Of a stretch of 64,000 nucleotides of DNA, positions 36,381 to 45,989 are shown one piece after another. Position numbers and translations under genes: made by a program. The notes beneath the pieces were generated by a model. The model saw only the letters and a list, made by a program, of their open reading frames with translations, was not told the origin of the DNA and did no database searches. Numbering within the stretch: the first letter of the stretch is position 1; every line of letters begins with the position of its first letter. Origin of the DNA: Thermoanaerobaculia bacterium (GTDB lineage: Bacteria > Acidobacteriota > Thermoanaerobaculia > UBA5066 > Gp7-AA6); NCBI GenBank assembly GCA_038253555.1, contig JBBSGZ010000001.1, forward strand, positions 4,941 to 68,940, read 5' to 3'.

Positions 36381-37931
36381 ATGAGCGTGTCGCGCTGGAA
36401 GACGCCCGCGGCCGGCGTGCTCTCCGGACTCCTTTTCGCGCTGGCTTTTCCGCCGTACGACGTGACGGTCCTTCTCCCGCTGGCTCTCGTTCCCTGGATC
36501 GCCCTCCTTTCGATGGAAGAAAGCCGGGGCCGCGCGCTTCTTTCGGGCCTCCTGTTCGGCATGGCGTTCTGGTGCGCGTCGGTCCCCTGGATCTCCTACG
36601 TCGTCACCGTGTACGGAGGACAGTCGAAGGCGATGGGCGTCGTGTGCGTCGGCCTCCTCGCTCTGATCTGCGCGGAGTGGACCGCGGTGGTCGGCTGGGG
36701 GATCGCCGCTCTGGCTCCACCGCGTTCGTGGAAGCGCTTCGCGGCGTTTCCCCTTCTGTGGATGGCCGCGGAGCATGCCAGGTCGGTGATCTACGGCGGC
36801 TTTCCTTGGAACCTGACGGGCTGGGCGCTCGCCCGAAGGCCCGTGTGGATCCAGACGGCTTCCCTCTGGGGCGTGTACGGAGTCGGATTCGCGGTCGCCG
36901 CGGTCGCGACGCTTCTCGCCGCGTTTGCCGTGCGCCGCCGCCCGATGTTCCTGGTCGTCGCCGCCGCGTCGGTGCTGGCGGTCGGAGTCGCCGGAGCGAT
37001 CCGGCTGACCCGGCCGGTCGAAACCGGGGCGCCGCTTCGAGTCCGGTTGATCCAGCCGAATCTGGCGGAAGAGGACCGGCGCACCGCCGACAAGGCGGCG
37101 GCCGGGTATCGCGCCGTGCTTGCACGCGGAGACGAGGCGGCCCTCGCGGGGGCCGACCTGATCGTCTTCCCGGAATCGGCGTTCCCGATGTACTGGGAGC
37201 GAAGCAGCCGGCTCCGCGAGGACCTCGCCCGACTGTCGGCGAAGTGCCACTGCGCAGTTCTGTTCAACGATGTGACGTCGGAGCCCGACGGCCGCGCGTC
37301 CAACGCCGCGCGGATGGTAACGCCCGAGGGGCTCGCGCGCGGGATCTACCGCAAGGTGCATCTCGTTCCGTTCGGGGAATACGTCCCGCTGCCTCGACTC
37401 TTCTTTTTCGCGCGCCAGATCTCGCACGAGATCGGGGAGTTCCTTCCGGCGGAGACTCCCGTCGTCCTGCGTTCGGGCCCGCTCGCGCTCGGAGTGGGGA
37501 TCTGCTACGAGATCATCTATCCCGGCCTGGCGCGGCGCCAGACGGCCGACGGCGCGAACCTGCTCGCCACGATCTCGAACGACTCCTGGTACGGGCGCGC
37601 GGGCGCGCAGGACCAACACTTCGCCGGCGCCCTCTTTCGCGCGGTGGAGAACGGCCGCTACCTGGTCCGCGCGGCGATCACGGGGATCTCCGGGATCGTC
37701 GATCCGCGCGGGCGCATTCTCGCGGAAATCGCGCCGAATGAGTCGGGGACGGCCGCGGGCACGATCGCCCTCCTCGGAGCCTCCACGGCGTGGACCCGTT
37801 GGGGCTACGTCCTCCCTCGGATCGCGGACGCCGCCGCGGCCGGCGTGCTACTCTTCGGCCTCGCCCGGTGGGGACGCGAACGCGCGGCGCGCCGCCGACG
37901 GCGGGCGGCGTCCCACGGAGACATCACATGA
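36381..37931 (+). CDS. lnt: Apolipoprotein N-acyltransferase
   Basis: N-terminal polytopic domain plus a nitrilase-like domain with ICYEIIYP (catalytic Cys) and ISNDSWYG. Confidence 0.9.
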   Translation: MSVSRWKTPAAGVLSGLLFALAFPPYDVTVLLPLALVPWIALLSMEESRGRALLSGLLFGMAFWCASVPWISYVVTVYGGQSKAMGVVCVGLLALICAEWTAVVGWGIAALAPPRSWKRFAAFPLLWMAAEHARSVIYGGFPWNLTGWALARRPVWIQTASLWGVYGVGFAVAAVATLLAAFAVRRRPMFLVVAAASVLAVGVAGAIRLTRPVETGAPLRVRLIQPNLAEEDRRTADKAAAGYRAVLARGDEAALAGADLIVFPESAFPMYWERSSRLREDLARLSAKCHCAVLFNDVTSEPDGRASNAARMVTPEGLARGIYRKVHLVPFGEYVPLPRLFFFARQISHEIGEFLPAETPVVLRSGPLALGVGICYEIIYPGLARRQTADGANLLATISNDSWYGRAGAQDQHFAGALFRAVENGRYLVRAAITGISGIVDPRGRILAEIAPNESGTAAGTIALLGASTAWTRWGYVLPRIADAAAAGVLLFGLARWGRERAARRRRRAASHGDIT

Positions 37932-39050
37932 CCTCTCGCGACGACCTCATTTCCTCGCTGACGAACGCCTCGGAGCGGCTGCTGTCGCTTCGGGGCTATC
38001 TTTGATCTCGACGCGGCGCGGAGCGCGCTCGAAGGACTGAGAGAAAAGCAGGGCGCGGCGGATTTCTGGAGCCGCCCGGAAGAGGCTCAGGACATTCTGC
38101 GGCAGGCGAGCTCTCATGAGCGCCGCATCGGCACGGCGGCCCGGCTCGATGAGCTCCGGGACGAGCTCCAGACCCTGGCCGAGCTGCTGCGCGAGGGGGA
38201 AGACGCGGACGCCGATGCGCGCGAGGTCTTGAGAAAGGCGGAGAGCTTTGGCGACGACCTCGAGCTCTCCGTCAAGATGGGGAACCCGGAGGACGAATCA
38301 AACGCCTGGCTCATGATTCACGCGGGTGCGGGCGGAACGGAGTCCCAGGACTGGGCGGAGATGCTGCTTCGGATGTACATGCGTTTTGCGGAGTCCCGCG
38401 GCTGGAAGGCGGAGCTGATCGACCGCCAGGACGGCGAGGAGGCGGGTCTTAAAAGCGCGACGCTTCACGTCGTCGGCGACCACGCGTACGGGTACCTGAA
38501 GGGCGAGATGGGGGTGCACCGGCTGGTTCGCATCTCGCCCTACGATTCCGCGCAGCGGCGGCACACTTCATTCGCGTCGATCTACGTCTCTCCGGAGATC
38601 GACGAACACATCGAGATCGAAATCCTGGACAAAGACCTGCGGGTGGACACGTACAGGTCGAGCGGCGCCGGAGGCCAGCACGTCAACGTGACCGACTCGG
38701 CGGTGCGGATCACGCACCTGCCGACGGGGATCGTAGTGACCTGCCAGAACGAGCGCAGTCAGGGCCGCAACCGGGATACTGCCATGAACGTCCTGCGAGC
38801 CAGGCTCTACCAGAAAGCGCTCGACGAGCGCCGCTCCGACGAGGAAAAGAAGGTGGGTGAGAAGAAAGCGATCGAGTGGGGGAGCCAGATTCGCTCGTAC
38901 GTCCTTCACCCCTACCGGATGGTGAAGGACCACCGCACGGGACACGAGACGGGCGACACGGACAAGGTGCTCGATGGCGGCATTACGCCCTTCATCGATG
39001 CGTACTTGAAGTCCGCGGCGGAAGGATCTCGGGCTTCGACCGCCTCGTGA
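37928..39050 (+). CDS. prfB: Peptide chain release factor 2, requires programmed +1 frameshift at 38003
   Basis: Frame 0 (37928-38002) encodes MTSRDDLISSLTNASERLLSLRGYL and then hits TGA in the context CGGGGCTATCTTTGAT. The +1 frame from 38004 continues DLDAARSALEGL ... SPYDSAQRRHTSF ... SGAGGQHVN (SPF and GGQ motifs). Confidence 0.93.
37991..38006 (+). promoter_or_regulatory. RF2 autoregulatory +1 frameshift site (internal SD-like GGGG, slippery CTT, in-frame TGA)
   Basis: cggggctatctttgat closely resembles the E. coli agggggtatctttgac site. TGA lies at 38003-38005. Confidence 0.9.
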
Positions 39051-39070
39051 ACGGAGAAGGGTCATCACCG

Positions 39071-39649
39071 GTGACCGCGCGCCCGCCGCTCGCCGGCTGG
39101 ATGGCCGAGTTGCGGGACCGGCTCGCCCTCTGGGACCGCCGGGCGAAGGCGCAGGAAGAAGGGAATCGGCGCGCCGCCGTCCTGGTGCCGCTCTTCGTGC
39201 GGGACGGCGGACTCTGGACGGTTTTCACGCTGCGGACGGAGTCCGTCGAACATCACCGCGGTCAGATCTCCTTTCCCGGCGGAGCGGAAGAGCCCGAAGA
39301 CGCGACGCTCTTCCACACCGCGCTGCGGGAAACCGAAGAGGAGCTCGGCATCCGGCCCAGGGATGCCGTGCCGCTCGGGCGTCTCTCGGCGATCGTCACG
39401 GTCACGAACTTCTACGTGGAACCCTTCGTGGCGGCGATCCCGCAGCCCTACGCGTTCGAGCCCCAGGAGACAGAAATTGCGGAGGTGGTCGAGGTCCCGC
39501 TGGCGGCCCTGCTCGCTCCCGGTGTCTTCGAAGAGCGGACGTTTTCCGGCCGCGATGAGCCCATCCTCTACTACCACTACGGCGGACACGTCATCTGGGG
39601 CGCCACCGCGAGAATCCTGCGCGAGCTGCTCGACGCTCTGGCGGGCTGA
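39071..39649 (+). CDS. Nudix hydrolase, CoA pyrophosphatase-like
   Basis: The Nudix box GQISFPGGAEEPEDATLFHTALRETEEELGI is preceded by LRTESVEHHRG, the CoA-pyrophosphatase-type upstream motif. GGAGAAGGG lies upstream of GTG 39071; GTG 39047 is an alternative start. Confidence 0.8.
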   Translation: MTARPPLAGWMAELRDRLALWDRRAKAQEEGNRRAAVLVPLFVRDGGLWTVFTLRTESVEHHRGQISFPGGAEEPEDATLFHTALRETEEELGIRPRDAVPLGRLSAIVTVTNFYVEPFVAAIPQPYAFEPQETEIAEVVEVPLAALLAPGVFEERTFSGRDEPILYYHYGGHVIWGATARILRELLDALAG

Positions 39650-39698
39650 CGCGGCATCTGCCGCCGGGTCCTCGGAGTGGAAGCGAAGCTGAAGCCCG

Positions 39699-40598
39699 TC
39701 AGTGCCCCTGGTAGCTTTTCTCGCCCGCCTCGACCCGGACAGCGAGGCGATTCTGTGACGGCGGCAGCGGACAGGTCGCGTACGGCGTGAACACGCACGG
39801 CGGGTTGTAGGCCTTGTTGAAATCGACCACAGCGGACGAACCCGGTGCGGGCGGCGTCACGTAAAGGAACCGGCCCCCCCCGTAAGTCTCCGTCCCGTTG
39901 GTCCGGTCTCCGAAAATGACGAACCAGTCCTCGGTACCCGCCTCCGTCACGACGTCGAGGCGGCAGATGCTGCCTCGCACCTCGAACACCAGCGCGCCGG
40001 GCGATTTCTCCCGAGCGGTCGAGCCGAGAATGTTCGGCACCAGGATCTCCTTCGCGGGCTGGTAGGACTCGAACCGCGCCTCGATCCGCCAGCGCGTCTC
40101 GACCGGAAAAGACTCGATTCCGCGGAAGCTCTTCAGGGCCGTGCTTTCGGCGTCCTTGACGCGCACCCCGATGCGGCCATTGCGTTCGATGAGGTAGAAG
40201 CGCAGCGGACCGCGCCGGATGAGGGTGGGCTCGCCCGAGGCATCGGTCGAGAGCGCGGACCCGGTGACCGGCTTTCCTCCGATCTCGACTGTTTCGCCCG
40301 GAGCCGTCGCAAGGCGTGCCCCCGCGGCATCGAGGCTGATCGTCGCGAGGCGCGCGGGCGCCTTGCCCGCGGGGAGAACGACGCGCGATTTCGGGTCGCT
40401 CCCCACGGTGTTGTCGCCAGGTTCGAGCCAGAAGAGGCCCACCAGAGTCAGCCATCCGTCCTCGCGACGCAGGCTTTGCAGGCGCCGCTCGCGCCACGCT
40501 TCGAGGTCGCGCCGGTGCGCGGCCGGGTCCGGGGAGGATGGGCCGGCGCCGACGACCATCAGCGGGAGGAGGAAGGCGAGCAGAGCTCTCGAGCGCAC
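39699..40598 (-). CDS. DUF1684-domain protein
   Basis: Signal peptide, then WLTLVGLFWL ... ETYGGGRFLY ... AYNPPCVFTPYATCPLPP, typical of DUF1684 as I recall it. Confidence 0.72.
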   Translation of the reverse strand: MRSRALLAFLLPLMVVGAGPSSPDPAAHRRDLEAWRERRLQSLRREDGWLTLVGLFWLEPGDNTVGSDPKSRVVLPAGKAPARLATISLDAAGARLATAPGETVEIGGKPVTGSALSTDASGEPTLIRRGPLRFYLIERNGRIGVRVKDAESTALKSFRGIESFPVETRWRIEARFESYQPAKEILVPNILGSTAREKSPGALVFEVRGSICRLDVVTEAGTEDWFVIFGDRTNGTETYGGGRFLYVTPPAPGSSAVVDFNKAYNPPCVFTPYATCPLPPSQNRLAVRVEAGEKSYQGH

Positions 40599-40677
40599 CC
40601 CGTCAGTGTACGACGAGCATCGGGTCGAGAACGTCTTCGGCCGGCTCGAGATTTCAACCTGGGAACTTCGGCCCGCC

Positions 40678-42330
40678 TCAGCTTCCCGCGCGATCCAGCG
40701 CGGACAGCTGCTCCGCCCGGGCGAGATTGGTTTTTGCGGGAGCAAAGGCCGCGTCCTGCGCGAGAGACTTCCGGAAGGCTTCGACCGCGCCGGAGAAGGA
40801 GCGTTTCCGCGTCCGCACCACGCCGAGGTTGTTCCAGAGCGTCGCCGATTTCGGATTCGTTTCGAGCGCCCGGACCAGCGCGGCCTCGGCCTCGTCGAGC
40901 CTGCCCGCATCCGCCAGGCTTCCGCCGAGCCCCGCCGCCGCTTCTTCGTTCCCGGGTTCGAGGTCCAGCGCCGAACGAAACGCCATCGCAGCGTCTTCGG
41001 GCTTCTTCATGGCCAGCCGGATGTGGCCGAGCGCCGTCCAGACCGGGGTCTCGTTCGGCGCGAGTCGGGAGGCTTCGGCCAGCTCGCGTTCGGCCTCCCG
41101 CAACTTTCCGCGTCGGCGAAAGGCCCTCCCGAGGTTCTCGTGCCCCGCCGAGCGTCCGGGCGCCAGCCGAACGGCCTCCATCAACTCTTCCGTCGCGCGA
41201 TCGGCCTGATCCGAACGGAAGAGAAAGACTCCGAAGTCGTTGTGCGCGTCGGCGGAGGCCGGATCGATCTCGATGGCGCGTCCGTAGGCGATTCTCGCGG
41301 CCGTCCGGTCCTTCAGCTCCTCCATCGCGCGCCCGAGTCCGAGCGCCGCCCCCACGTTTTTGCCGGAGAGCTCGAGAGCCCGGCGGTAATGGCTCGCCGC
41401 GGTGCTCCACTTCGCCTGCCGCTCCGCCAGCCGGCCGAGCGCGTACTCGGCGCGCGAGTTGCCGGAGTCGAGCACCAGCGCAGCTGTCGCTTCCCGTTCG
41501 GCGTCGCCCTCCTGCCCGAGAGCGAGGGCGGCGTCCGCGAGGATGCGGTGGGATTCGGAATTTCTCGGGTCGAGCTCCAGGGCACGCGCCGCTGCCGCCT
41601 GCGCCGCGCGGAAATCGCCGTTCTTAAACGCCGCTTCGGCGGTTTCGAGAAGCGGAGCCGCCGCCGACGCGCCGCTTGGCCCCGCCGCTCCCGCCGCGGG
41701 GGCGGCCACGGCCGGGCCCGAGGGAGAGATCGGCCCGCTCGTGACGAGGTTGCGCTCCAGATCCGACGCGCGTTTCCGGGAGGCGTCCGCGTCCGCGGAG
41801 CGCCCGAGCCGGTCGTAGGCCTCCCCGAGCAGGCGGTGAATCTGCGGGTCCGCCGAGCTCTCCGCTCTTTTCAGGTCGTAAAGAGCTTCCTCCGCCTTGC
41901 CGTCGGCGAGCTTTTCGCGGGCCGTGCGCTTCAATTCCGCGAGATCCGCGGCCGGGGCCGTGGCCCCCGCGACTTCCGTCCGAACGGAACGCGCGAGACG
42001 CACGAAATCCGGGCTGTAGAAGTCGGCGACGACGTCGAGGGCCGGGCGCGCGGTGAAAGCCACCTTCAGGCTCTCCCGGGCCGCCCGGGAGTTGCCCGCG
42101 ATGAAATAGGCCCAGCCGCTCTGAAACGCGAGCTCGGCCTTGCGGTCGGGCGCCGAAGCGGCGTCCGCGGCGCGAGCGTACTTCTCGGCCGCTTCCTGAA
42201 AGCGGCCCGCGTCGAAAGCGCGCTTGGCCTCGGCCTCCGATCCCGGGTCGGGAGCCGCCGTCAGCGACGCCGGAAAGAGGCTCCCCGCGACCGCCAGGGA
42301 GAAAGCGAGGAACGCGAAGCGGAGGCGCAT
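40678..42330 (-). CDS. Secreted tetratricopeptide-repeat protein
   Basis: The signal peptide MRLRFAFLAFSLAVAGS is followed by multiple TPR units (AEYALGRLAERQAKWSTAASHYRRALEL, etc.). Confidence 0.8.
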   Translation of the reverse strand: MRLRFAFLAFSLAVAGSLFPASLTAAPDPGSEAEAKRAFDAGRFQEAAEKYARAADAASAPDRKAELAFQSGWAYFIAGNSRAARESLKVAFTARPALDVVADFYSPDFVRLARSVRTEVAGATAPAADLAELKRTAREKLADGKAEEALYDLKRAESSADPQIHRLLGEAYDRLGRSADADASRKRASDLERNLVTSGPISPSGPAVAAPAAGAAGPSGASAAAPLLETAEAAFKNGDFRAAQAAAARALELDPRNSESHRILADAALALGQEGDAEREATAALVLDSGNSRAEYALGRLAERQAKWSTAASHYRRALELSGKNVGAALGLGRAMEELKDRTAARIAYGRAIEIDPASADAHNDFGVFLFRSDQADRATEELMEAVRLAPGRSAGHENLGRAFRRRGKLREAERELAEASRLAPNETPVWTALGHIRLAMKKPEDAAMAFRSALDLEPGNEEAAAGLGGSLADAGRLDEAEAALVRALETNPKSATLWNNLGVVRTRKRSFSGAVEAFRKSLAQDAAFAPAKTNLARAEQLSALDRAGS

Positions 42331-42344
42331 CGCCGTGGCGCGCG

Positions 42345-44207
42345 TCACTGGGCGTGTTCGGTCGGGGCGGGGGGAGACCATGTCTTCTTCTCTCCTTCGG
42401 GAATGGAAACTTCTTCCGTGTGGGGGTTCCACCCGGCACGGGACAAAGTGACCTTGTGCGTGCCGGACGGAAGGGCGACGGTGAGCGCCCCCGACAAGAC
42501 GCCGTGAAACTTCGAGTCGATGAGAACGGTCGCGCCCGACCATGCGGGCGCCTCGATGACGAGCGCGCCGATCGGGAAGCGGTACGCGATCGGGGCCGCT
42601 CCCGAAGACCCGACCTGAAACTCCTTCTGATAGCGGGGAAGCCCGGCCCCCTCGAAGCGCACCTGGTGGGTGCCCTGAGGGAGCTCTACCGTCCGCGCGG
42701 GGATCGAAGGTCCGATTTTCTTTCCGTCGACGAACAACGTGGCCGAAGGGATCGAGCTGAACTGGACGGGAAAGCGGCGGACCGGCCGCGCCGGCTCGGG
42801 CACCGGCGCAGGCGCGGGTTCCTCCGGCCGGGCGGCTGCCGGAACCGGAACCATCGTCGGGACGGCGGGGACGGCGTCCCGTCCGAGCTGAGGAGTGGGG
42901 AAAGCTATGGGAGCGGTCGAGACGGGCTTCGCGGCAGGTCGGGAGCTTCCGGCACGGCCGGAAACCGCGGGCGCGCTGGCCGGCCGTGCAGTACCGACGT
43001 GGGACGAAAGCTTCCAGGCGGCAAACAGGACCCCGAGCACCGCGACCGCGGCGGTGCCCGCCCAGAGCACCCAACCCGGCCCGCGGCGGCGCGCGCTGCC
43101 CGAGCCCGTGTGGCCCCCGGTCGTACGGTCGGCCGGCTCCTGAAAGTGGACGAGCTCGAGGTTCGCCGGCGGAAGCGGAATAGCGACCTGCGTCGGGGTG
43201 TGGTCATCCGTTTCCGCCCGGACCCGCGCCAGCGCCCCGGACGGCGGTGTGACACCGACCGGGGGTCTTGGAGCCACCGTCGTTCCGCGCGATGGCGTGC
43301 GAGGCGCGGGATTGGCCTCGGCCGCGCTCACGCCTCGCGTGGGAGTCAGCGGCGAGGCGGAATTCGGGTTCGTGCGGAACTGCGAAGAATCGCCCACCAG
43401 CTCGTGGTACACCGTCTGAAGATCCTGACGAAATGCCTCCATGGACGCGTACCGGCTGTCGGCGCTCTTTTCCATGGCGTGGGAAACGACCTCCGCGAGC
43501 GAAGCCGGGACGGCGGGCGCAAGGGACGTGATGGGCTCGGGCGTGTCGTTTAAGATCTTGTAAAGGACGGTCGAGAGGTGCTCGCCGCGGAACGGCTTGC
43601 GCTGGGTGAGCAGCTCGTACGCGAGGATCCCGAGCGAGAAGAGGTCGGTTCGTCCATCGAGCCCCTCCCCCCGGATCTGCTCCGGTGCGAGATAAGCCGA
43701 CGTGCCGAGCGTGATCCCCGTCTGAGTCAGGCTCGATTCGGAGAGCAGCGACTTGGCGATTCCGAAGTCCATGATCTTGACGGAGCCGTCCTCGAGGATT
43801 CGGATGTTCGACGGCTTGATGTCGCGGTGGATGATCGACTGGCGGTGCGCGTAACCGAGTCCGTCCGCGATCGACATCAGGATTTCGATCTTCCGGGGGA
43901 CCGAGAGCTGCTCGCCGCGCTTGACGATCTTGTCCAGGTCCTCGCCCGTCAGGAACTCCTGGACGATGTACGGGACTCCCTCTTCGACGCCGAAATCGTA
44001 GATCGTGGTGATGTTTCGGTGGTGCAGGTTGCCGGCGAGCTCCGCCTCCCGGAAGAACCGGCTTCGGATCTCCTCGTCATTCAACTGGCATGTCTTCACC
44101 GCGACCGTGCGCTTGATGAAAGGATCGCGGCCGCGATAGACGGCCCCGAAGCCGCCGACTCCGATCTGTTCGGAGATTTCGTATTTCCCGATTTTCCTGG
44201 TTATCAA
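42345..44207 (-). CDS. Ser/Thr protein kinase with TM segment and C-terminal PEGA-like domains
   Basis: GVGGFGAVYRG, VAVK, HRDIKPSNIL-like IHRDIKPSNIRI, DFGIAK and APE motifs are present. The C-terminal repeats end in SIPEGEKKTW. TTG 44207 is the only plausible start upstream of the G-loop. Confidence 0.9.
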   Translation of the reverse strand: MITRKIGKYEISEQIGVGGFGAVYRGRDPFIKRTVAVKTCQLNDEEIRSRFFREAELAGNLHHRNITTIYDFGVEEGVPYIVQEFLTGEDLDKIVKRGEQLSVPRKIEILMSIADGLGYAHRQSIIHRDIKPSNIRILEDGSVKIMDFGIAKSLLSESSLTQTGITLGTSAYLAPEQIRGEGLDGRTDLFSLGILAYELLTQRKPFRGEHLSTVLYKILNDTPEPITSLAPAVPASLAEVVSHAMEKSADSRYASMEAFRQDLQTVYHELVGDSSQFRTNPNSASPLTPTRGVSAAEANPAPRTPSRGTTVAPRPPVGVTPPSGALARVRAETDDHTPTQVAIPLPPANLELVHFQEPADRTTGGHTGSGSARRRGPGWVLWAGTAAVAVLGVLFAAWKLSSHVGTARPASAPAVSGRAGSSRPAAKPVSTAPIAFPTPQLGRDAVPAVPTMVPVPAAARPEEPAPAPVPEPARPVRRFPVQFSSIPSATLFVDGKKIGPSIPARTVELPQGTHQVRFEGAGLPRYQKEFQVGSSGAAPIAYRFPIGALVIEAPAWSGATVLIDSKFHGVLSGALTVALPSGTHKVTLSRAGWNPHTEEVSIPEGEKKTWSPPAPTEHAQ

Positions 44208-44297
44208 ATTTGCTACAGGTCGTGACAGTCTAAACGAAGCGAACCGGTCCGGGGTCCGCAGCGCTTCTCGCGCTCTCGCCGCGATAATCTGGCGGGC

Positions 44298-44837
44298 ATG
44301 CGAAGGATCCCGCTCACTCTTCTCCTGGCGGCCGCCGGCGCCGCGGCGGCGTGCGGGAGAGGCGCCCCGGCCAATCGGCTGGCGCGAGCCGCCGCGGCGT
44401 CCACCGAGCGGCTCGCGCAACCCGCGGTGTTCCGCCCGCCCGCGGACGGGATGCTGACCGAAGCCCAGGTCGACCGCTACGTGAAGGTCCGCCGCGCGGC
44501 CAAAGGGCGCACCGACGCCGAGGCTTCGCGCGCAGTCGGAGTCGACCCCGACGAATTTGCCTGGGTGCGGTCCCGGATCATCGAGGGCCTGCTCGAAGCC
44601 GACCGCCGCCGCGTCCGCGCCGCTTCGGACGAGGTTTACGGAAGGACCATCGCTTCGCTCCGGGAGACCCGGCGGGCGGTTCGGGATGCCTCGATCGCCC
44701 GGACCGTCGACGAGCAGATCGCGGGCCTCGAGCGCGAGCGGGCGACCCTCCGGCGCGCCGAGCCGGTGTCGCCTGCCCTCACCGCGAACGCGCGCCGGGT
44801 CGCGGCCCGCCGGGCCGAAATCGACGGCCCTCCGTGA
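44298..44837 (+). CDS. Hypothetical lipoprotein
   Basis: A signal peptide with a lipobox (LLAAAGAAAAC) is followed by an Arg/Ala-rich helical sequence. No family was recognised. Confidence 0.55.
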   Translation: MRRIPLTLLLAAAGAAAACGRGAPANRLARAAAASTERLAQPAVFRPPADGMLTEAQVDRYVKVRRAAKGRTDAEASRAVGVDPDEFAWVRSRIIEGLLEADRRRVRAASDEVYGRTIASLRETRRAVRDASIARTVDEQIAGLERERATLRRAEPVSPALTANARRVAARRAEIDGPP

Positions 44838-45895
44838 CGCTGAAGTCGATTCTGGAAGAGGAGATCGAGGCGGGCTCGTTTCCGGGCGGCGCGGCGCTCG
44901 TGGGAGATGCCGGGTCGATCGTCGCGCGAGCCCATGCCGGGCGCGCCACGGTGCTGCCCGAAGACGCGTCTCTCGAAGCCGGGACGCTTTTCGACCTCGC
45001 GAGCGTGACCAAAGCGCTCGCGGCCGGCGGATTGACCTGGGCGGCGCGGGAAGAGGGACTCGATCTCCGTTCACCGCCCGGCCGGTTTCTCCCGGGCTGG
45101 AAGAAGACCCGATACGAGGGGATCACGCTCGAGATGCTCCTCACGCACACGTCCGGACTTCCGGCGTGGTCCCCGCTCTATGCGCGTGGAGAGGGAGCGG
45201 CCGCGTACCGGCGCAGTCTCGGAGAAATCGAGCCGGAGGCGATTCCCGGCACCGCCGTCGTGTACAGCGACATCGGCATCCTGGTGATGGGGGACGTCTT
45301 TGAGGCTTTCTTCGCGACGCCGATCGACCGTGCGTTCTCGGACCTGATCGCAGGCCCGGCGGGCTCTGAGGCGCGTTATCTCCCGCCGGACCCGCTCCTC
45401 TGCGCCGCCACCGAGGCGGGCGACCAGACGGAGCGGGACATGACGGCCGCCCTGGGCCTCTCGTATCCGCACTTCCGCACCGGCGTCGTCCGAGGCGAAG
45501 TGCACGACGGCAACGCGTACCGGCGGGGAGGCGTGTCCGCCCACGCCGGTCTCTTCGGCACGGCCGAGGACGTCTGGCGGCTGGCCCGGCCCTGGCTCGA
45601 CCCCGGAAGACGGGAGTTCACGCGTGACCGGACAGTCGGCCTTTCCGAGGCGCGGGGGCTCGCGTGGCAGGGCGTCCGCGGCGCCAGATCGATTCCCGAG
45701 GCCGGATTCTCCTCCGACGCCTTCGGCCACACGGGTTTCACCGGGACTTCGGTCTGGATCGATCCCGGACGCGAGCAGATCGTCATTTTGCTGACAAATC
45801 GAGTCCATCCGGAGGTCCGCGGGGATTTCAACGAGGTCCGAAGGCGTTTCCACGGAAAGGTGCTGGAGGGGGAAGGGGAGTTCGGACGAGGTTAA
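44834..45895 (+). CDS. Serine hydrolase, beta-lactamase/transpeptidase-like (class C/esterase family)
   Basis: SxxK motif DLASVTKAL, YSD (YxN-like) and HTGFTG (KTG-like) are present. GTGA overlap with the upstream gene. Confidence 0.8.
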   Translation: MTLKSILEEEIEAGSFPGGAALVGDAGSIVARAHAGRATVLPEDASLEAGTLFDLASVTKALAAGGLTWAAREEGLDLRSPPGRFLPGWKKTRYEGITLEMLLTHTSGLPAWSPLYARGEGAAAYRRSLGEIEPEAIPGTAVVYSDIGILVMGDVFEAFFATPIDRAFSDLIAGPAGSEARYLPPDPLLCAATEAGDQTERDMTAALGLSYPHFRTGVVRGEVHDGNAYRRGGVSAHAGLFGTAEDVWRLARPWLDPGRREFTRDRTVGLSEARGLAWQGVRGARSIPEAGFSSDAFGHTGFTGTSVWIDPGREQIVILLTNRVHPEVRGDFNEVRRRFHGKVLEGEGEFGRG

Positions 45896-45989
45896 ATTCC
45901 GGGGACGGGCGGCGGCCGGCCCGCGAAGGCGGCCCGGGTCACGACCTCTCGAGCCGGCGCTCTGTTAGATTTTGAGCGGGAGAGTTCTC

